Shown: one piece after another, positions 1 through 13,500 of the stretch | How positions within the stretch are numbered: the stretch's first letter is position 1 | How the letters are laid out: each line of letters opens with the position of its first letter | Assembly: GCA_951406725.2 (NCBI GenBank) | Contig: OX597817.1 | Location: 136,276,001 to 136,340,000, forward strand | From: Octopus vulgaris | Taxonomy: Eukaryota | Direction of reading: 5' to 3' | Length of the DNA: 64,000 nucleotides | The notes under the pieces: generated by a model | Told to the model about the DNA's origin: nothing | What the model saw: the letters and a program-made list of their open reading frames with translations, nothing else | The model's database searches: none | Made by a program: the position numbers and the translations under genes

Positions 1-156
1 GGCCCGATAATTTTGGAGAGGGGGGGCAGTCAATTAGATCAACCCCAGTATGCAACTGGTACTTAATTTGTTGACCCTGGCGGAATTTGAACTCAGATGA
101 AATACTGCTAAGCATTTTGCCCAGTGTGCTAACGTTTCTGCCAGCTTGCTGCCTTA
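1..156 (-). mobile_element. tRNA-derived SINE, family A (internally deleted copy)
   Basis: Reverse complement reads ggcagcaagctggcagaaacgttagcacactgggcaaaatgcttagc...gagttcaaattccgcc...aaattaagtaccagttgcatactggggttgat, matching the clean copy at 21008-21240. Confidence 0.8.
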
Positions 157-175
157 AGAATAATGGGACGATAAT

Positions 176-381
176 GGGGTAGCCAAAAGGGGGCAATGGA
201 TGTAAAAATAACCCCGAAGTAATGGGTTAATTAGGTTAAGTTTTATTTGTGAAATAGTTGTTTTGAATTTGCTGCAGAAAGTGGTCTATGCTTGTGGTGA
301 TGAGTGGTGGTGGTGGGTGCTAGGAATGTGGACTGGGGGTTAAGGGGGCAGCAGCCTGAAAATGTTTGGAAACTACTGCTC
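176..381 (+). mobile_element. Possible hAT/Charlie-like non-autonomous element, 3' part
   Basis: Ends aaaatgtttggaaactactgctc, resembling the ...aaaggttgrgaaccactg terminus of hAT MITEs; no matching left end seen. Confidence 0.3.
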
Positions 382-800
382 AAGGCCATATCAAAGGAGT
401 TGACTGTGAGAGCTTCCCAGTATGGATAACCTTGTTCTTATAGCTGAATTTGTATTGGAATTAGAAATGAAACTCCAAATGTGGAAGCAAAACCTGAAAT
501 CCAAGGGCCTTGAAATTAACTTAGCAGAGATCAAAATTCCAGTAAGCAGGGAAACAAACAACTAATTCCTTCAGGAAAATGGCCCTGCTTGATATATAGA
601 AATGGCTGTTGGCTGAAATTCCACAGAGTGTAGCAAGTGCAGACTATGGCCTCAACAGTGGAATCACAGGAAACTTAACAAAGTAGATTTTATATATGGC
701 AGATGCACAGGTGCAATAAACAGTAAGAGCACACAGGAAATAGAGATTTTCTTGAACACCCAGGAGGATCTTCAGATGCAGCAGATAGTTACAGGGAAAT
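382..800 (+). pseudogene. Decayed RTE LINE RT fragment (YADD region through the PHD insert)
   Basis: Colinear with the minus-strand element at about 24900-25340: gataaccttgttcttatagctgaa (DDLALIAE-like), aaatccaagggcctt (ESKGL-like), ggaaaatggccctgc (GRWPC-like), tgtagcaagtgcagactatgg (CTKCKLW-like). Confidence 0.75.
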
Positions 801-814
801 GAACACACTATCAC

Positions 815-1012
815 CAGATGTAAAGCAGTGGTGGGGAACAAACACACACATACAGTGGGCTTCTTTCAGTTTCCATCTACCAAAGTGACACGCAAGGCTT
901 GGTCGGCTCAAAACTATAGTAGAAGACACTAGTCCAAGGTTCCATACAGCGTGACTGAACCTGGAACCATGTGGTTGGGAAGCAAGCTTCTTACCATACA
1001 GTAAAGCCTGCG
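815..1012 (-). mobile_element. tRNA-derived SINE, family B (CORE-like)
   Basis: Reverse complement gives ggtaagaagcttgcttcccaaccacatggttccaggttcagtc...ccttggac...tgtcttctactatag; same family as 51932-52342. Confidence 0.8.
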
Positions 1013-1844
1013 CTTAATATATATGTGCGTGTGTGTGTGTGTGTGTAGACGTATATGTGTGTTTGAGAAAGGGGGAGAGAAAAACACAAATCTACATTTC
1101 TCTATTAGTTATATTTGTTATAACATCCTGGTGAAGGTGCCAACTATTAGGGATTAAATAAACATACACACACACACACATTAAGTCTTACACTATTTCC
1201 TGTAACAAAAGTTTAAAACTGAAAGCAGTGTCTATGCTAGGATCTACAGAAAGTGAACTTAATACAGTTTTAATACAGCCTTTTTAATAGTTCTCCTCCC
1301 ATCACCACCAAATGAAGTTTTAACAAATAAAATAACGAAGCAGAAGAAAATGTGTCTTGACACTTAACAGGAACATTTTTCTTCTACAGCGAAATAATCT
1401 CCTTTAAAAATGAATTTCATCTTTTTTAAGTTTACAAAAGCCATTAGATCCAAATCCATATCCATGCTTTAACTTCTAGCCTGAGGTATACTCAACCTTT
1501 CAGTAAGGTACTGACATGCACTTGCAGTGATATTTTCTTTTGTATAGAATAAACAAACCAAAAAAATAAATAAATACAAGTAAAATCTCTCATCTCCCAT
1601 CCACACCCATTTCTCTCTCTCTCTCTCTCTCGTTATACATAATTGGTTGTTAAATATCAAATTACTATATTTATACTCCATGTAAAATATACAGAGAAAT
1701 AGTTTATTATCTTTAGAGAAAACAGCAATGTCTGTACTTGAAGTTCAATATCTGGTGTGTGGATTTTATGCGGTTTGAAGTCAAAAGACTTGGGATCAAA
1801 CAGAGAAATGAGATGACTAACATTGATCTTAAAACGTTAGAAAG

Positions 1845-2270
1845 AAAATTATAATGTGAGTTCCAGCTCGTGGCCAATGACAGTACCGCCTGATTGGCAC
1901 CCGTGCCAGTGGAATGTTAAAAGTACCATTCGAGTGTGATTGTTGCCAGGGTTGCTGACTGGCTCCCGTGCTGGTGACACTTAAAAGAAGCACCATTTGA
2001 GCATGGTCATTGCCAGTGCTGCTAGACTGGCTCCTGTGCAAGTGGCACATAAAAAGCACCATTTGAGCACAGCCGGTGCCAGGACTGCCCGACTGGCCCT
2101 CGTGCCGGTGGCACGTAAAAGCACCCACTACACTCTAAGAGTGGTTGGTGTTAGGAAGGACATCTAGCTGTAGAAACATTGCCAGATCAGATCAGAGACT
2201 GGTGCAGACCTCAGTCAAACAGTCCAGCCCATGCCAGCATGGAAAGCAGATGTTAAATGATGATGGTGGT
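1845..2270 (+). mobile_element. 5'-truncated RTE 3' UTR with about 4 structured ~63 bp units and a (GAT)n tail
   Basis: Repeats gccag..ctggc..cgtgccggtggcacgtaaaagcacc, then ggttggtgttaggaaggacatctagctgtagaaa...ccatgccagcatggaaag...aaatgatgatgg. Confidence 0.85.
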
Positions 2271-3089
2271 GAAGAGTATAAAACATTTTCATTTAAAATG
2301 TTGGTTTCAAATTTTGGAATAAGGCCTGCAATTTTAGGGGAAGGGACTAGTCAATTCATCAACCCCAGTTCTCAACTGGTACTTATTTTATCCAACCCCA
2401 GAAGGATGAAAGGCAAAGTTGACCTCAGCCACATTTGAACAAAGAACATAGAAATGGAGAAAATGGCACTAAGCGCTTTGCCCAGCATGCTAACCATTCA
2501 GACAGCTTGCCACTTTATTTTCATTTAAAATATTTGATTTCTTGTTTTGATGCAAAAATAAAGTGAATTGAACTTGTGTCCATGATGTTACTGATATTTC
2601 AATAATGTTGGATGGGAAGCAAAGTTGTATCACCATTTGCAGAAACTATGATATCACATTAACAGCAACAGCAACAATGGTTTGTAATTTATGCACAAGG
2701 CCAGCAATTTTCAAAGAAAAAGGTTAGTAAATTCCATCGAATTCAGTACTTGACTGGTCCTTTCTATTACTGACAAAGAAAGGGCAAAATGTGAAATTGA
2801 CTTTCATGGGCTTTGAACTTAGAATGTAAAGGGTTGGAACAAATATCATCAGAAATTTCTCCTGTACTCTAATGATGGTGCCAATCTCTGCCCCTAACAA
2901 TTGTTTGTAAGATAGACAGGGGACCTGATATTTAGGGAAGGGGAATCGTTGATTATGTAGACTTCAGGATAAGAATGGTACTTTAGTTTACTGTCTCCGA
3001 AAGGATTTGAACTCAGAATGTAAATAACTGGAGGAAATTCCAGAAGACACTTTAGCTAAAGCTCTAACACTTGTGTAATAAGAATAATA

Positions 3090-4230
3090 ATGGAGTTTGT
3101 AGGTTGTGGATTAAAACATCGAGGAATGTACATGTGTAGCTTGGATGATGTCAAAGAAATGTTCCATGATGGATGAGAAAAGATACAAGAGTTATTTCAG
3201 AGAAAAAGGAATTAGATGAAGGCCATGTTTAGTAATGATACAAAAACAATGTGACAGGCTTTATAGATGATCAATTATAATGTTTTATGGTAGAAGTGTT
3301 ACAACAACAATTTGCTGAGACTCACAAACAATTGTCCAAGATGATTTATATTGAGAGAATTATACCTTGGAGGGTGATGGTGAAAGAGGTGAAACAGGGG
3401 GAGGAAAAAACAGGAAGAAGGATCTAGCAAATGGGAACGATCAACTCTAAAACATAGATGACTCGAATCTCCATTCATAGGCTTCAGACTGATTGAAAAT
3501 GCTTGTCTTCTTCCATGACAGAAGACAAAAGAATATTGAGTCACGGATAAAGAAATTGACTTACGTATTAAGACTAATGATTAATTGACTAATGTATTAA
3601 GACAAATGTGAAAATTCATCAATAAAAACAAAACAAAACTCCTCAATAATTAATTAGTGCAGAAGCTAAAACTTGACTGTGATAGTGAGAACATGGATTC
3701 TTGAAAGAATTCTGAGAAGACATATTAGGACAGAGCCATGTCTCAGTGACTGTGCCATGTGCCCCACTGCCAGTTCTCACTCTCTTTTTACTTGAAGAAT
3801 AAGTACTAGGATTACAAAGAATAAGTACTGGGGTCGATTTCCTCGACTAAAGGCGGCGTTCCAGCATAGCCATAGTCAAATGACTGAAACAAGTAAAAGA
3901 TTCTGTACAGATTGATACTGATATTGTTAGTTATGATGGTAAAATAACAGAGTTGGAGCAAAAGAATGAGAAAGTATTGAAAAATATCAAGAAAAGTTGA
4001 AAGGAAAGAAGATAGGTTATTGAAAGGTCTCTGCTACTATAACAACACTGACAGCATTAAGATACTGGTTCAAGCACTGAAGGACCTTGAAATCGAGGTC
4101 CAGATAGCGGAGTTGAAGATGACTCTCATTTTCTGGTCGCTAAGAATTCTTCTGAAAGTTCCTGTAGAGTTGAGCAGAACTGTTGATGCTATATCTCAAA
4201 AAATTATTGTTGTCACTGTTGGTGATGACA
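3090..4230 (+). pseudogene. Highly decayed R4/Dong-like (RLE) non-LTR element, interrupted by a SINE tail at about 3795-3900
   Basis: Starts after aataataat; ORF 4020-4259 contains LKDLEIEVQIAELKMTLIFWSLRILLKV, resembling the LQK-x-ALLG-x-ARILRKV C-terminus; upstream remnants resemble IxxDI...EKxEKYQ. Confidence 0.45.
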
Positions 4231-4436
4231 ACGATGATCCAAGAACATGGAGAAGATGAAATGGAAGGTTTTTAACGCTGATAACATTCTTAAATCAATT
4301 AACAACACAATTATACAATCAGGTTGTTGGTTCAATTAACATCACAACATTAAACAATAAATATTATTTTTTATAAATCTAAATCCCACCATGGACAGTT
4401 TCATCTTTCATATTTCCAGGTTGATAAAATGCTATA

Positions 4437-4685
4437 CTGGTTTAGGACAACTGTTGCCGTAATTTAGCCCCAGGAGATATTGTCTCCAGCTGGCTATACG
4501 ATATGATCTGCATCCTTATATTTTCGAACAAGGGAATCTAGCACCCCGACTCAGCTCAAAACAATATCTCTATATCGCGATTTCTGGGTTATTTCCCAGT
4601 GGGAGTGCTAGATTCCCTTGTTTGAAAATATAAGGACACAGATCATGTGGTATAGCCAGCTGGGGCTAAATTCATCCTAAACCAG
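4437..4685. mobile_element. Foldback/MITE with long terminal inverted repeats
   Basis: ctggtttagga / tcctaaaccag at the ends; aatttagccccag / ctggggctaaatt; about 60 bp arms cagctggctatac...aagggaatctagcac / gtgctagattccctt...gtatagccagctg. Confidence 0.8.
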
Positions 4686-5570
4686 GACTGCCTTGTTTTG
4701 TTGGCAAATAATCTTTACTCCAAAGTACTGTTGCTGAATATCTCTCGTTGTGAGATTTACAAATAGTAATTTTCTGGTCAAGTGTTGATTTAACTAACCC
4801 CACACCAGTGGTCACCAGTACAGCACAACATATATCTTTTTGCTCCTCTTTGTCTTCAAAACCAGGCAACCACTTGTATATACTCTGATCCAGTCAATCA
4901 AGCATACATCCTGCACTTACTAGCCACAGTAGTTGCCTCTAGCATAACAAAGCCCTCTCCCTTCAGTTTTTGACAAACAGAAGCACGTCACTTCTCCCCT
5001 TGATCTTTTTCTGGAAAAATTCATGGGGCAAAGAGACCCAAATGGTCTTTAATGTTCATTGCCCATTCCTCCTTGAACCAGCTTAAGTCAAGTCTTTCCT
5101 ATTGCTCTACATCATCAGTGAACAATGGAAAGTTGGTGTTGTTGTTGGTATTGTCATTGCTGTTTTGTCCCCTTTTTTTTACTTAGTTATGGTTTCCAAA
5201 TTTTACTTATTTATTTTTTGTTGTACTTGTAAGTGTCTTTGAAGCTCTGATAATATTTGGTTAATAATATATTTATTTGTGTGACTACTACTACCACTGC
5301 GTCAGCAGCTCTTCCAACAATTCCGGAAGCAGCAATCATGCAATGCAAAAGGAATTGTCAAAATGTGTAAACAGTTTAAAATCTGTGAAGGCAATGTTTT
5401 GCCTTTACTCTAAGGAATGAGGAAGACGTTGAAATATTCCAAACAACTTCAATAGAACTTCTCTTTCATAAATTAATCCTGGAAGAAAATATCTTCAACA
5501 TGGGGCTCACTGAAATCATGGTTGTTCAAAGCAAACCAGAACAACAACATCAATAATAATAATAATAATG

Positions 5571-5613
<43 letters not shown>

Positions 5614-5829
5614 CATATGTTTTAATTATTTTTTTATTGATCATATGGGCCTATACATACAATATGTGTTTTTATAAATGGGTTAAACATGTAGGGATGT
5701 ACATATATATATATATATATACACACACAAACACAGGTTTTTCAATATGCAGGATACCAGGAAAACTTAAATGTATGTATGTGTGTATATATATATATAT
5801 ATATTCCTCGTGGAAACAACAACCGAGAC

Positions 5830-6155
5830 CTGTGGCATTATGTCATGCCTAAGAAGCCATCAAGCCGAGCAAAATCGCAATTGTGGCAGATACCGGTGTC
5901 ATGCAAACTAGCACCCATGCTGGTAGTATGTAAAAAGCACCCCAGTGTCAGGCACATGGGACTTGTGCCAGCAGCACGTAAAAGCACCTATTACACTCTG
6001 CAGAGTGGTTGGTGTTATGAAAGGCATCCAGCCGTAGAAAATCATGCTAAATCAGACTGGAGTCTGGTGCAGCTTTCCAGTGTGTGAGCCCTGGTCAAAC
6101 CATCAAACCCATGCCAGCATGGACAATGGATGTTAAATGATGGCAATGATGATGA
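5830..6155 (+). mobile_element. 5'-truncated RTE 3' end
   Basis: gcacgtaaaagcacc unit, then ggttggtgttatgaaaggcatccagccgtagaaa...cccatgccagcatgga...aatgatggcaatgatgatgat. Confidence 0.8.
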
Positions 6156-7029
6156 TCCAGGTGTGTGGTTTTGTGTCTGTGCTTGTCCTCCAAAATCACT
6201 TGATAAATGGTGTTGGTGTGTTTACATTCCTGCAACTTAGCAGTCTGGCAAAAGTGACCAATAGCCAAGAGACCAGGCTGAAAAGGAAAGAAGCCCTGGA
6301 GTCGATTCGTACAACTAAAATTCTTCAAGGTGGTGTCACAACATGACTGCTGTCTCATGAATGAAACAAATAAAAGATAAAAGATACTTGTAGCGTCACT
6401 CTGATGGTTTAAATAAATAATCCTCTCACTTTTATGGATTTTTAAGAAATGAAGTGGAAAACTAGCTTAGAAAGGCAGGGACACTACTCCCTGAGACCCC
6501 TTTTGGAGTCCCCTCCCCACACCTATTGCATGAGAATATTCAGTTGTTCCTCACAACAGCCCATTATTGGGAAGACAAACCGAGGAATGGCAAAGAATAT
6601 CAGAGACAACACAACAAAGCTACATGTTGAAATACCTCAACAAAATACTTCACCATCTTTGTTTCAGTTCTTGCAGTCAATGGGTTAGCAATGCAATGCC
6701 ACCATGCCTCCCTGCACCTGAACCTTCTTTGATCTTAGCAGGTGCCCTCAATTTTGATAAATTTGACCTGACTATTTCTTTGTTTCCTTGGTTGCTATCA
6801 TGGACCCCTTCCACTCAACAACAAATCCACTTGTTTCACTCACGGTACCACCCTCACACAATCAACACACCATATTCACAGGGTTTCTCTCCATATGGAA
6901 CGCATCCACAAAAGTCACACACCATGTTTATATTCTCACGCACATATATTATGTACAGACGGAATTTTGTTAAGACGAGGAAATGCGTTGTTGCTCACAG
7001 AGGGTAGAGGTTTTATGAACTTATTCCGT

Positions 7030-7164
7030 AATAACAATAACAATAATAACAATAATAATAATATTAATAATAGTGATGATGATGATGATGATGATAATAA
7101 TAATGATAATAATACAATGAGGAAACTCTTGATATATTTCTCAAATCATGAATAATAAATAATA

Positions 7165-7205
<41 letters not shown>

Positions 7206-8240
7206 TGAATAATAATAATAATAATAATAATAACAACAGCAGTAGTAGTAAGAATAAAAAAGTTTCTATTTTGGGACATTTGACTAGACAGCATAACTTG
7301 AAATAAAAATTAACAAAACAACACAAAAAGCAAAAAATCCTAAAAATATTAAAATCAGTCGGGTATAAATTTAATTTTCATCGGCAACTTCTAAAATAGA
7401 CTGGAAACTTTGGCGAGAATGTCTGCAACTGGTCTGAAATTAACTGATGACCGCTTTGCTGAACAGACCGTGACATAAGCTATCAGCCAATAGTTTGGCT
7501 ATTGATTCTACTTGAGACTTCTCTTTTTAGATTAGTGCTGGATTAGTATCACAGAATATTGAATTCACTCCCCCTCCTCCCCTTTGTTTTATCTACATAG
7601 GAGTGGGGTGAGGCAGAGTGGATGGTGGTAGTGGTGGCGGCAGTGGTGGCAGGCTTCAGAAAACAACAGCAGCAGCAGCGGCAACAACAACAGCAACAAT
7701 GAATAATGATAAAAGAGATAATACTGACAGCACTATCGACAATAACAATGGAAACAACATTATCAAGCACCACCATAACAACAACAACAAATATAATGAC
7801 AAAAACAACAATAACCGCACCAAGGCCAGATAACAGAGATAATGATGACAACAACGTTAACAAAAACAATGATGACAACAACACAAAATGATAAAAACAA
7901 TAAAAAAAGATAACTGCAGGCAAAGAAGGGGGAACTGAGAGAAGAAGAAGAAGAACAAAAAGGATTATGTTGACAATGATAACGCCTACAACAATAAGAA
8001 CCCCAGCAATGATAGCAATGAGGAAGCAGAGGAGGGTATAATATTGAAAATAATAATGATGGTGATGATAATGATGATGTTGGTGATGATGATAATGTCG
8101 ATGATGATGATGATGATGATGATAATGATGATGATGATGACTAATAATGTTGGTGATGATGATGGTGGTGTTGATGTTGATAATGATAACTGATAGTGCT
8201 GAAGGTGAGAGTATTGGTGATGATGATGATGATGATGCCA
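7030..8240. repeat. Compound trinucleotide low-complexity region (AAT/GAT/AAC/CAG)
   Basis: Directly visible runs; they explain the poly-N/D/H/I ORFs in the track. Confidence 0.9.
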
Positions 8241-8534
8241 ATGTCAAAGATAAACAAGCAACAAGTAGCGTAGGATCAGACATGTTTCCATGTTGTTCCT
8301 CACAGAACAGACCTTCTCCATGCACAACGATAATGGCTGTCTGGTTATAAGGACAACAATGGCACTCAGTCACCACTTTCCTGTCAAATGTCCAATCAAC
8401 TACATTCTCAGGTAAAGTAGAACCTCTTGGCAACGCAAGAGACATGAAATTGCTCTGCCATATTGTAGTACCAAAGGATGGATATTTGTATCACTTCACA
8501 ATAAATGCACAATGAAACCATTGGACAATAAACT

Positions 8535-9140
8535 TTGTTCACGAAGACCTGTTGAGGCAAGTGAAATCAAAAATCGCTGATGTGGCTGATGACAGTACCT
8601 CCTGATAAGCACTCATGCCAGTGGAACGTACAAAGCACCATCTAAGTGTGATCGTTGCCAGGGCTGCCTTACTGGCACATATACCAGTGGTATATTAAAA
8701 GCACCATCTGAGCATGGCCATTGCCAGGGCCACTGACTGGCTCCCAAGCCGGTGGCATGTAAAAGGCACCATTCAAGCGCTATTGTTGCCAGCATCGCCT
8801 TACTGGCATATATGCCAGTGGCACATGAAAAATAACATTTGAATGTGGTCATTGCCAGTGCTGTCGGACTGGCTCCCGTGCAGGTGGCATGTAAAAAAAC
8901 ACCTTTTGAGCGTGGTCTTTGCCAGTACTGCTTGACTGGCTCTTGTGCCGGTGGCACGTAAAAGCACCCACTACACTCTTGGAATGGTTGGCATTAGGAA
9001 GGGCATCCAGCTGTGGAAACTTTGCCAGATCAGATTGGAGCCTGGTGCAGCCTTCTGGCTTGCCAGACCTCAATCAAACTGTCTAATCCATGCTAGCATG
9101 GAAAACAGATGTTAAATGATGATGATGATGATGATGATGA
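8535..9140 (+). mobile_element. 5'-truncated RTE 3' UTR with about 6 tandem units and a (GAT)n tail
   Basis: gaagacctgttgaggcaagtgaaatc start (shared with the 62794-64000 copy), repeated aaaagcacc units, ggttggcattaggaagggcatccagctg, (gat)n at about 9117-9139. Confidence 0.85.
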
Positions 9141-9207
9141 CACACATGCACACACACTATTTACATACTTACATATGTACATATGTATGTATATTGATTG
9201 CATGGGT

Positions 9208-9261
9208 TGGATGTGACGCTGATGAAAGGGCAATTGCTCTTGAAATATGCATATACATCCA
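9208..9261 (+). ncRNA. Type-I hammerhead-like motif (PLE type)
   Basis: tggatgtg-acg-CTGATGA-aagggc aatt gctctt-GAAA-t atgc a-TA-tacatcca: 6 bp stem II, palindromic stem III, 8 bp stem I offset by 3 nt. Confidence 0.6.
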
Positions 9262-10053
9262 TTACTTATTTTTTCTACTTTCGATTGCATTTTTTTTATA
9301 TGAACCTATTTGTTTACAATGTGTCATAACTTGTTGGCTCCGAATTCAATAGGAAATCTATAGAGATAAACTTAAAAGCGGATATATAAATACACACACA
9401 CGTGCACACACACACATATACAAAAATATATATAGCATGATCATCATTTATTGTTTGTTTCCATGCTAGCATGGACTGGACAGTCTGACCAGAACTGGCA
9501 AGCTGAAGAGCTGCAAGAGACTCCAGTCATCTGTTTTGGCAGGGTTTCTACGGCTGGATGCCCTTGCTAATGTTAATCCTTTACTGAGTGTACTTGGTGC
9601 TTTTCATGTGGGACAGGTACAGGTACTTATTCATGACACAAGCACCAGCGGGGTCGCCAAGTAACTTGCAAGACAAAGACCCCTTAGTTAAGAGAAGGAG
9701 TGGAACTGAGGTTGTGTGATTGTGTGGCAGGCAAGAGGTTAGAATACAATGGGGGGACAGAGAGAGTTATTTTACTATAGAGGAGATACTTGGTCAACCC
9801 CCCTCCACCAATGGACAAGGAAAAAGGAAGGTGGGAGAGAGTTGGGGGGAAATATAGAGAGACAGTCAGAGAGAGATGGTGGTGGAGATGTATTGAGATC
9901 TACCCACTGGGAACAGTGTAGTGGGGTATAAGTAGTACAGAGGGGATAGAGAAGGAGGTTCCATGAGAGTGTGAGGGGACATGTTTACGAATGGGGAAGA
10001 CATGACTGTAGTAAGTGATGGTGAGGGAAATTGGAGAGGCTGAGAAGGGGACA

Positions 10054-10200
10054 GGGAAGATATGTGAGGGTATGGGGCACAAAGAGAAGATATATGAGGG
10101 CATGGGGCATGAAGCAGTGGGGGGAAGATATGTAAGGGTATGGGGTGTGAAGAGGGGAAGATATGTGAGGGGATGAGGCATGAAGAGGGGAAGATATGAG
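10054..10200. repeat. Purine-rich degenerate minisatellite (about 30-37 bp unit, about 5 copies)
   Basis: Recurring gaagatatgtgagggNatggggcat. Confidence 0.7.
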
Positions 10201-10874
10201 AGTGGTCATAAAAAAATCTGCCTCAACAAGTTTTGTTTGATTATGCAAGCAAGGCATAGTAGATGATGAAACATTAATGATGATGATGGTGATATCAACA
10301 TCATCATCACCATATATATTAAGAGGTTTCATTACAGTTGGTTCCAATATAGGATTTTATGGAATGAGATAAGAGCCGTAATGTGGCTTCTTAATTAAAA
10401 AGTAAAAATTATACATTTGTAATTTGATTGAGTTTGAAAATGTGTGTTTGTTTTACCCCCACCTCCCATTAACAAGGACAATATATCATCATCATCATTT
10501 TTAAACGTCCACTTTTCCATGCTTGCATGGATCAGAGTTGAAGCAGAGTTTCCATGGTTGGATGCCCTTCCTGTCGCCAACCTTTACCTATTTCCAAGAA
10601 GGAAATATTTCTCCATGGATGGACATGTTGTTGCAGGATATTGGAAGTAAATGACATTCATTTACAACAATCGTGCAACATCAACACAAAGGCCTCCTAC
10701 TCCGTCATCATCATCGTCGTCATTTAATGTCCACTTTCCATGCTGGCATGGGTTGGACGGTTTGACTGAGGTCTGGAGAGCCAGGAGGCTGCACCTGGCT
10801 CCAATCTGATCTGGCAGTGTTTCTTTAGCTGGATGCCCTTCCTAACGCCAACCACTCCGGGAGTGTATTGAAGA

Positions 10875-11212
10875 ATTTTTAATCAAACGAATTGACCCCC
10901 TGTACTTATTTTCTTGTCTTAAGCCTGGTACTTATTCTGTTGGTCTCTTTTGCCAAACTGCTAAGTTATGGGGACATAAACACACCAACGCCTGTTGTCA
11001 AGCGGTGGTGGGGAACAAACACAGACAATAAAGACACACATACATATATATGAAGGGCCTCTTTCAGTTTCGGTCTACCAAAGCCACTTGGAAGGCTTTG
11101 GCCATTCTGGGACTATAGTAGACGACACTTGTTCAAGGTGCCACACAGTGTGACTGAGCCTGGGACCATGTGGCTGGGAAGCAAGCCTCTTACCACAGTC
11201 ACGCCCGTGCCT
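10875..11212 (-). mobile_element. SINE family B (CORE-like), near full length
   Basis: Head, ccttgaacaagtgtc core, internal (CA/TA) tract and tail (cgcttgacaac...cataacttagc...aataagtaccagg) on the reverse strand. Confidence 0.8.
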
Positions 11213-11869
11213 GTTGAAATATTTATTTATTTATTTTTAGTAGACTGTCATTGAATTGTATGAAACTATGTGAATCAAAGAGCATCTTGTTTCCAGAGAT
11301 TTTAAAGGAAGTTTTGAAGCCTTGGAGTTTAAGGGGGTAAATAGCAGTCCTTTCCTCAATCATTATTTACATTCTGTAATGTACAACATTAACGATAATT
11401 ATTAATTGTCAGATTTATAAGTAAATATTGCAAAAAAAATACAAAAACATAGCATTATTATGCTTTTCCTTTTTTTCTTTCTTACAAAATTGGTTTTTAC
11501 GAAGTTCTTTTTTAAATTCATAATTTCAATCTTTTAGTTTCTTTTGTGTGAGCAAACTTCTGCCCACTGGATCCTTGTTAAACTGTCCAACCCATTCCAG
11601 CATGGAAGTTAGATTTTAACAACACATCAGTATAGAATGCAATATTAGTATATTGATATGCTTTCTAAGCAAGTTTTAATAAAACACCGAGTATCCCTAA
11701 GCAATCTTTGGGCTCTGAGCACATAGACTGTACATTTTATGGAAAGAGAGAGAGAGAGAGATGGAGGAGGTAATGAAAAATATAGAAGTATTTATGAATA
11801 TCTACATATGTATGTATGTTTGTTTCAAGCGGTTGGAATTGTTTCCTCATCGCTGTATGCAGTGAATTT

Positions 11870-12140
11870 TGAACACAAAGAGGTCCTCTTACACACTTGA
11901 TATTGTTGTACTTGAGAAAGGTGGCAGCACCACAACTGAAAGAAATGATAACTTTCAACCAGATGCATGGAAGAGAGAAGGCTGCCCACACATATTCTAT
12001 GGGAAGCTGACCAGAGGGAAAAGGTCTCCGTATAAACCTAGAAAGTGGTTTAAAGATACCATAAAAGGGAACCTGAAAGCTTAGGAGATTGATCTGGATA
12101 CCTGGGAGACATTGGTTGAATATTGTTCATCAAGGAAGGA
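11870..12140 (+). pseudogene. C-terminal fragment of a second, BovB-like RTE family
   Basis: ORF 11869-12084 contains PHIFYGKLTRGKRSPYKPRKWFKDTIKGNLK, matching the RTE C-terminal pattern PKxIFYGELxxGKRxxGxPxKRxKDxLK. Confidence 0.7.
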
Positions 12141-12351
12141 AATGTTATCTCAGAGCACCATATCTGTACTTGAGTTCAAATTGTGCAAAGGTCTACTTTG
12201 CCTTTTGTCTTTTGAAGGTCAGTGAAATAAGTACCAGTCAAGTACTGGGGTCAACGAAATCAAATAGGCCCTTCCCACCAAATTTCCTGCCTTCTTCCTA
12301 CAGGAGAAAGGATCATTATTATCATTATTATTATTATTATTATTATAATTA

Positions 12352-12749
12352 TAGACGTTGCACAGTATACAATATCATGAGGTTACTGATTAAAGATATT
12401 GTGTTTACCGGGGGATTTGTACTGTTTGTCAAATCACAACAAGGACCTCAAACAGACAGTATTTTATGCAATATGCGTGCAGTTCCAAGTAACGCTGACT
12501 TTTGCAATACATCTAGATTGTAGGGTATCTCTAAGGTTTTCAGACGCTTTTTCAGCTTGGGTGGTACTGAACCCAATGCTCCGATGACAACAGGGACAAC
12601 CTTTATGTTAGACTCTCGTAGCTACCACATCTTAGCAATCTCAATTCTCAGGTCTCCATATTTATCAACAGTTTCTCGCTCTTTCATGATGATATGTTGA
12701 TCTCCTGGCACTGCTATGTCGATTATTAGACACTCTTGTTTATCCCTCC
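12352..12749 (-). pseudogene. R4/Dong-clade non-LTR retrotransposon 3' end (restriction-like endonuclease C-terminus plus 3' UTR)
   Basis: Translates RRDKQECLIIDIAVPGDQHIIMKERETVDKYGDLRIEIAKMW*LRESNIKVVPVVIGALG...LQKSALLGTARILHKILSV; (ATT)n on both sides. Confidence 0.85.
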
Positions 12750-12968
12750 TATTATTATTATTATTATTATTAAGGCAGCAAACTGGCAGAATTGTTAGCA
12801 TTCCAACCAAAATGCTGAGCAACATTTCTTCCCACTTTACATTCTGAATTCAAATGTTGCTGATGTTGACTTTCACAGTTCCTAGTTCAAAAAAATAAGT
12901 ACCAGTTGCGTACTGGGGTTGAAACTATCTACAAACTCTCTTCCCCACAATTTCAGGTCAAGTGCCTT

Positions 12969-13500
12969 TCATCATCATCATCATCATCATTGTTTAATGT
13001 CCGTTTTCCATGCTAGCATGGGTTGGATGGTTTGACTGGGGTCTGGGAAGCCAGGAGGCTGCATCAGGCTCCAGTCTGATCTGGCAGTGTTTCTACAGCT
13101 GGATGCCCTTCCTAATGCCAATGAGAGTGTAGTGGGTGCTTTTTTATGTGTCACTAGCACAGGGGCCAGAAGGGGCTGGCATCGACCACGATTGGATGGT
13201 GCTTATTACATGCCACCGGCATGGAGACCAGTCAAGGAAGCAATGGCCATGTTCGGATGGTGCTTTTTATGCGCCACTAGCATGAGGATCACAACTACAA
13301 TTTTCATTTGATTTTCATTTTAATGTTGATGTACTTGACTCAATAGGTCTCAAGCACAGCATGTCGCCCTATGATCCAAGGTACTTTTGAGCGGGCTGGA
13401 TATGCAACACTGGTGTAGGTTACAGCTGTGAAGTCACTTTATTTGCTGGGTCTTCTCAGTCACAGCATATCTCCAGAGGTCTTGGTCTTATGCCATTGCC
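12969..13500 (-). mobile_element. RTE 3' end including the ORF C-terminus, about 3 UTR units and the tail
   Basis: (cat)n tail, ccatgctagcatgggttgg, ggatgcccttcctaatgccaa, gtgcttttt units; reverse strand ends in tggagatatgctgtgactgagaagacc (WRYAVxEKT). Confidence 0.85.

Noticed and set aside
8308-8411. AG...GT-bounded open segment as a host exon (similarly 32194-32233)
   Set aside because: Short, no recognisable protein motif, no partner exons; expected by chance.
7549-8445. 298 aa ORF with His/Cys runs and hydrophobic stretches
   Set aside because: Mostly translated trinucleotide microsatellites; no recognisable domain.
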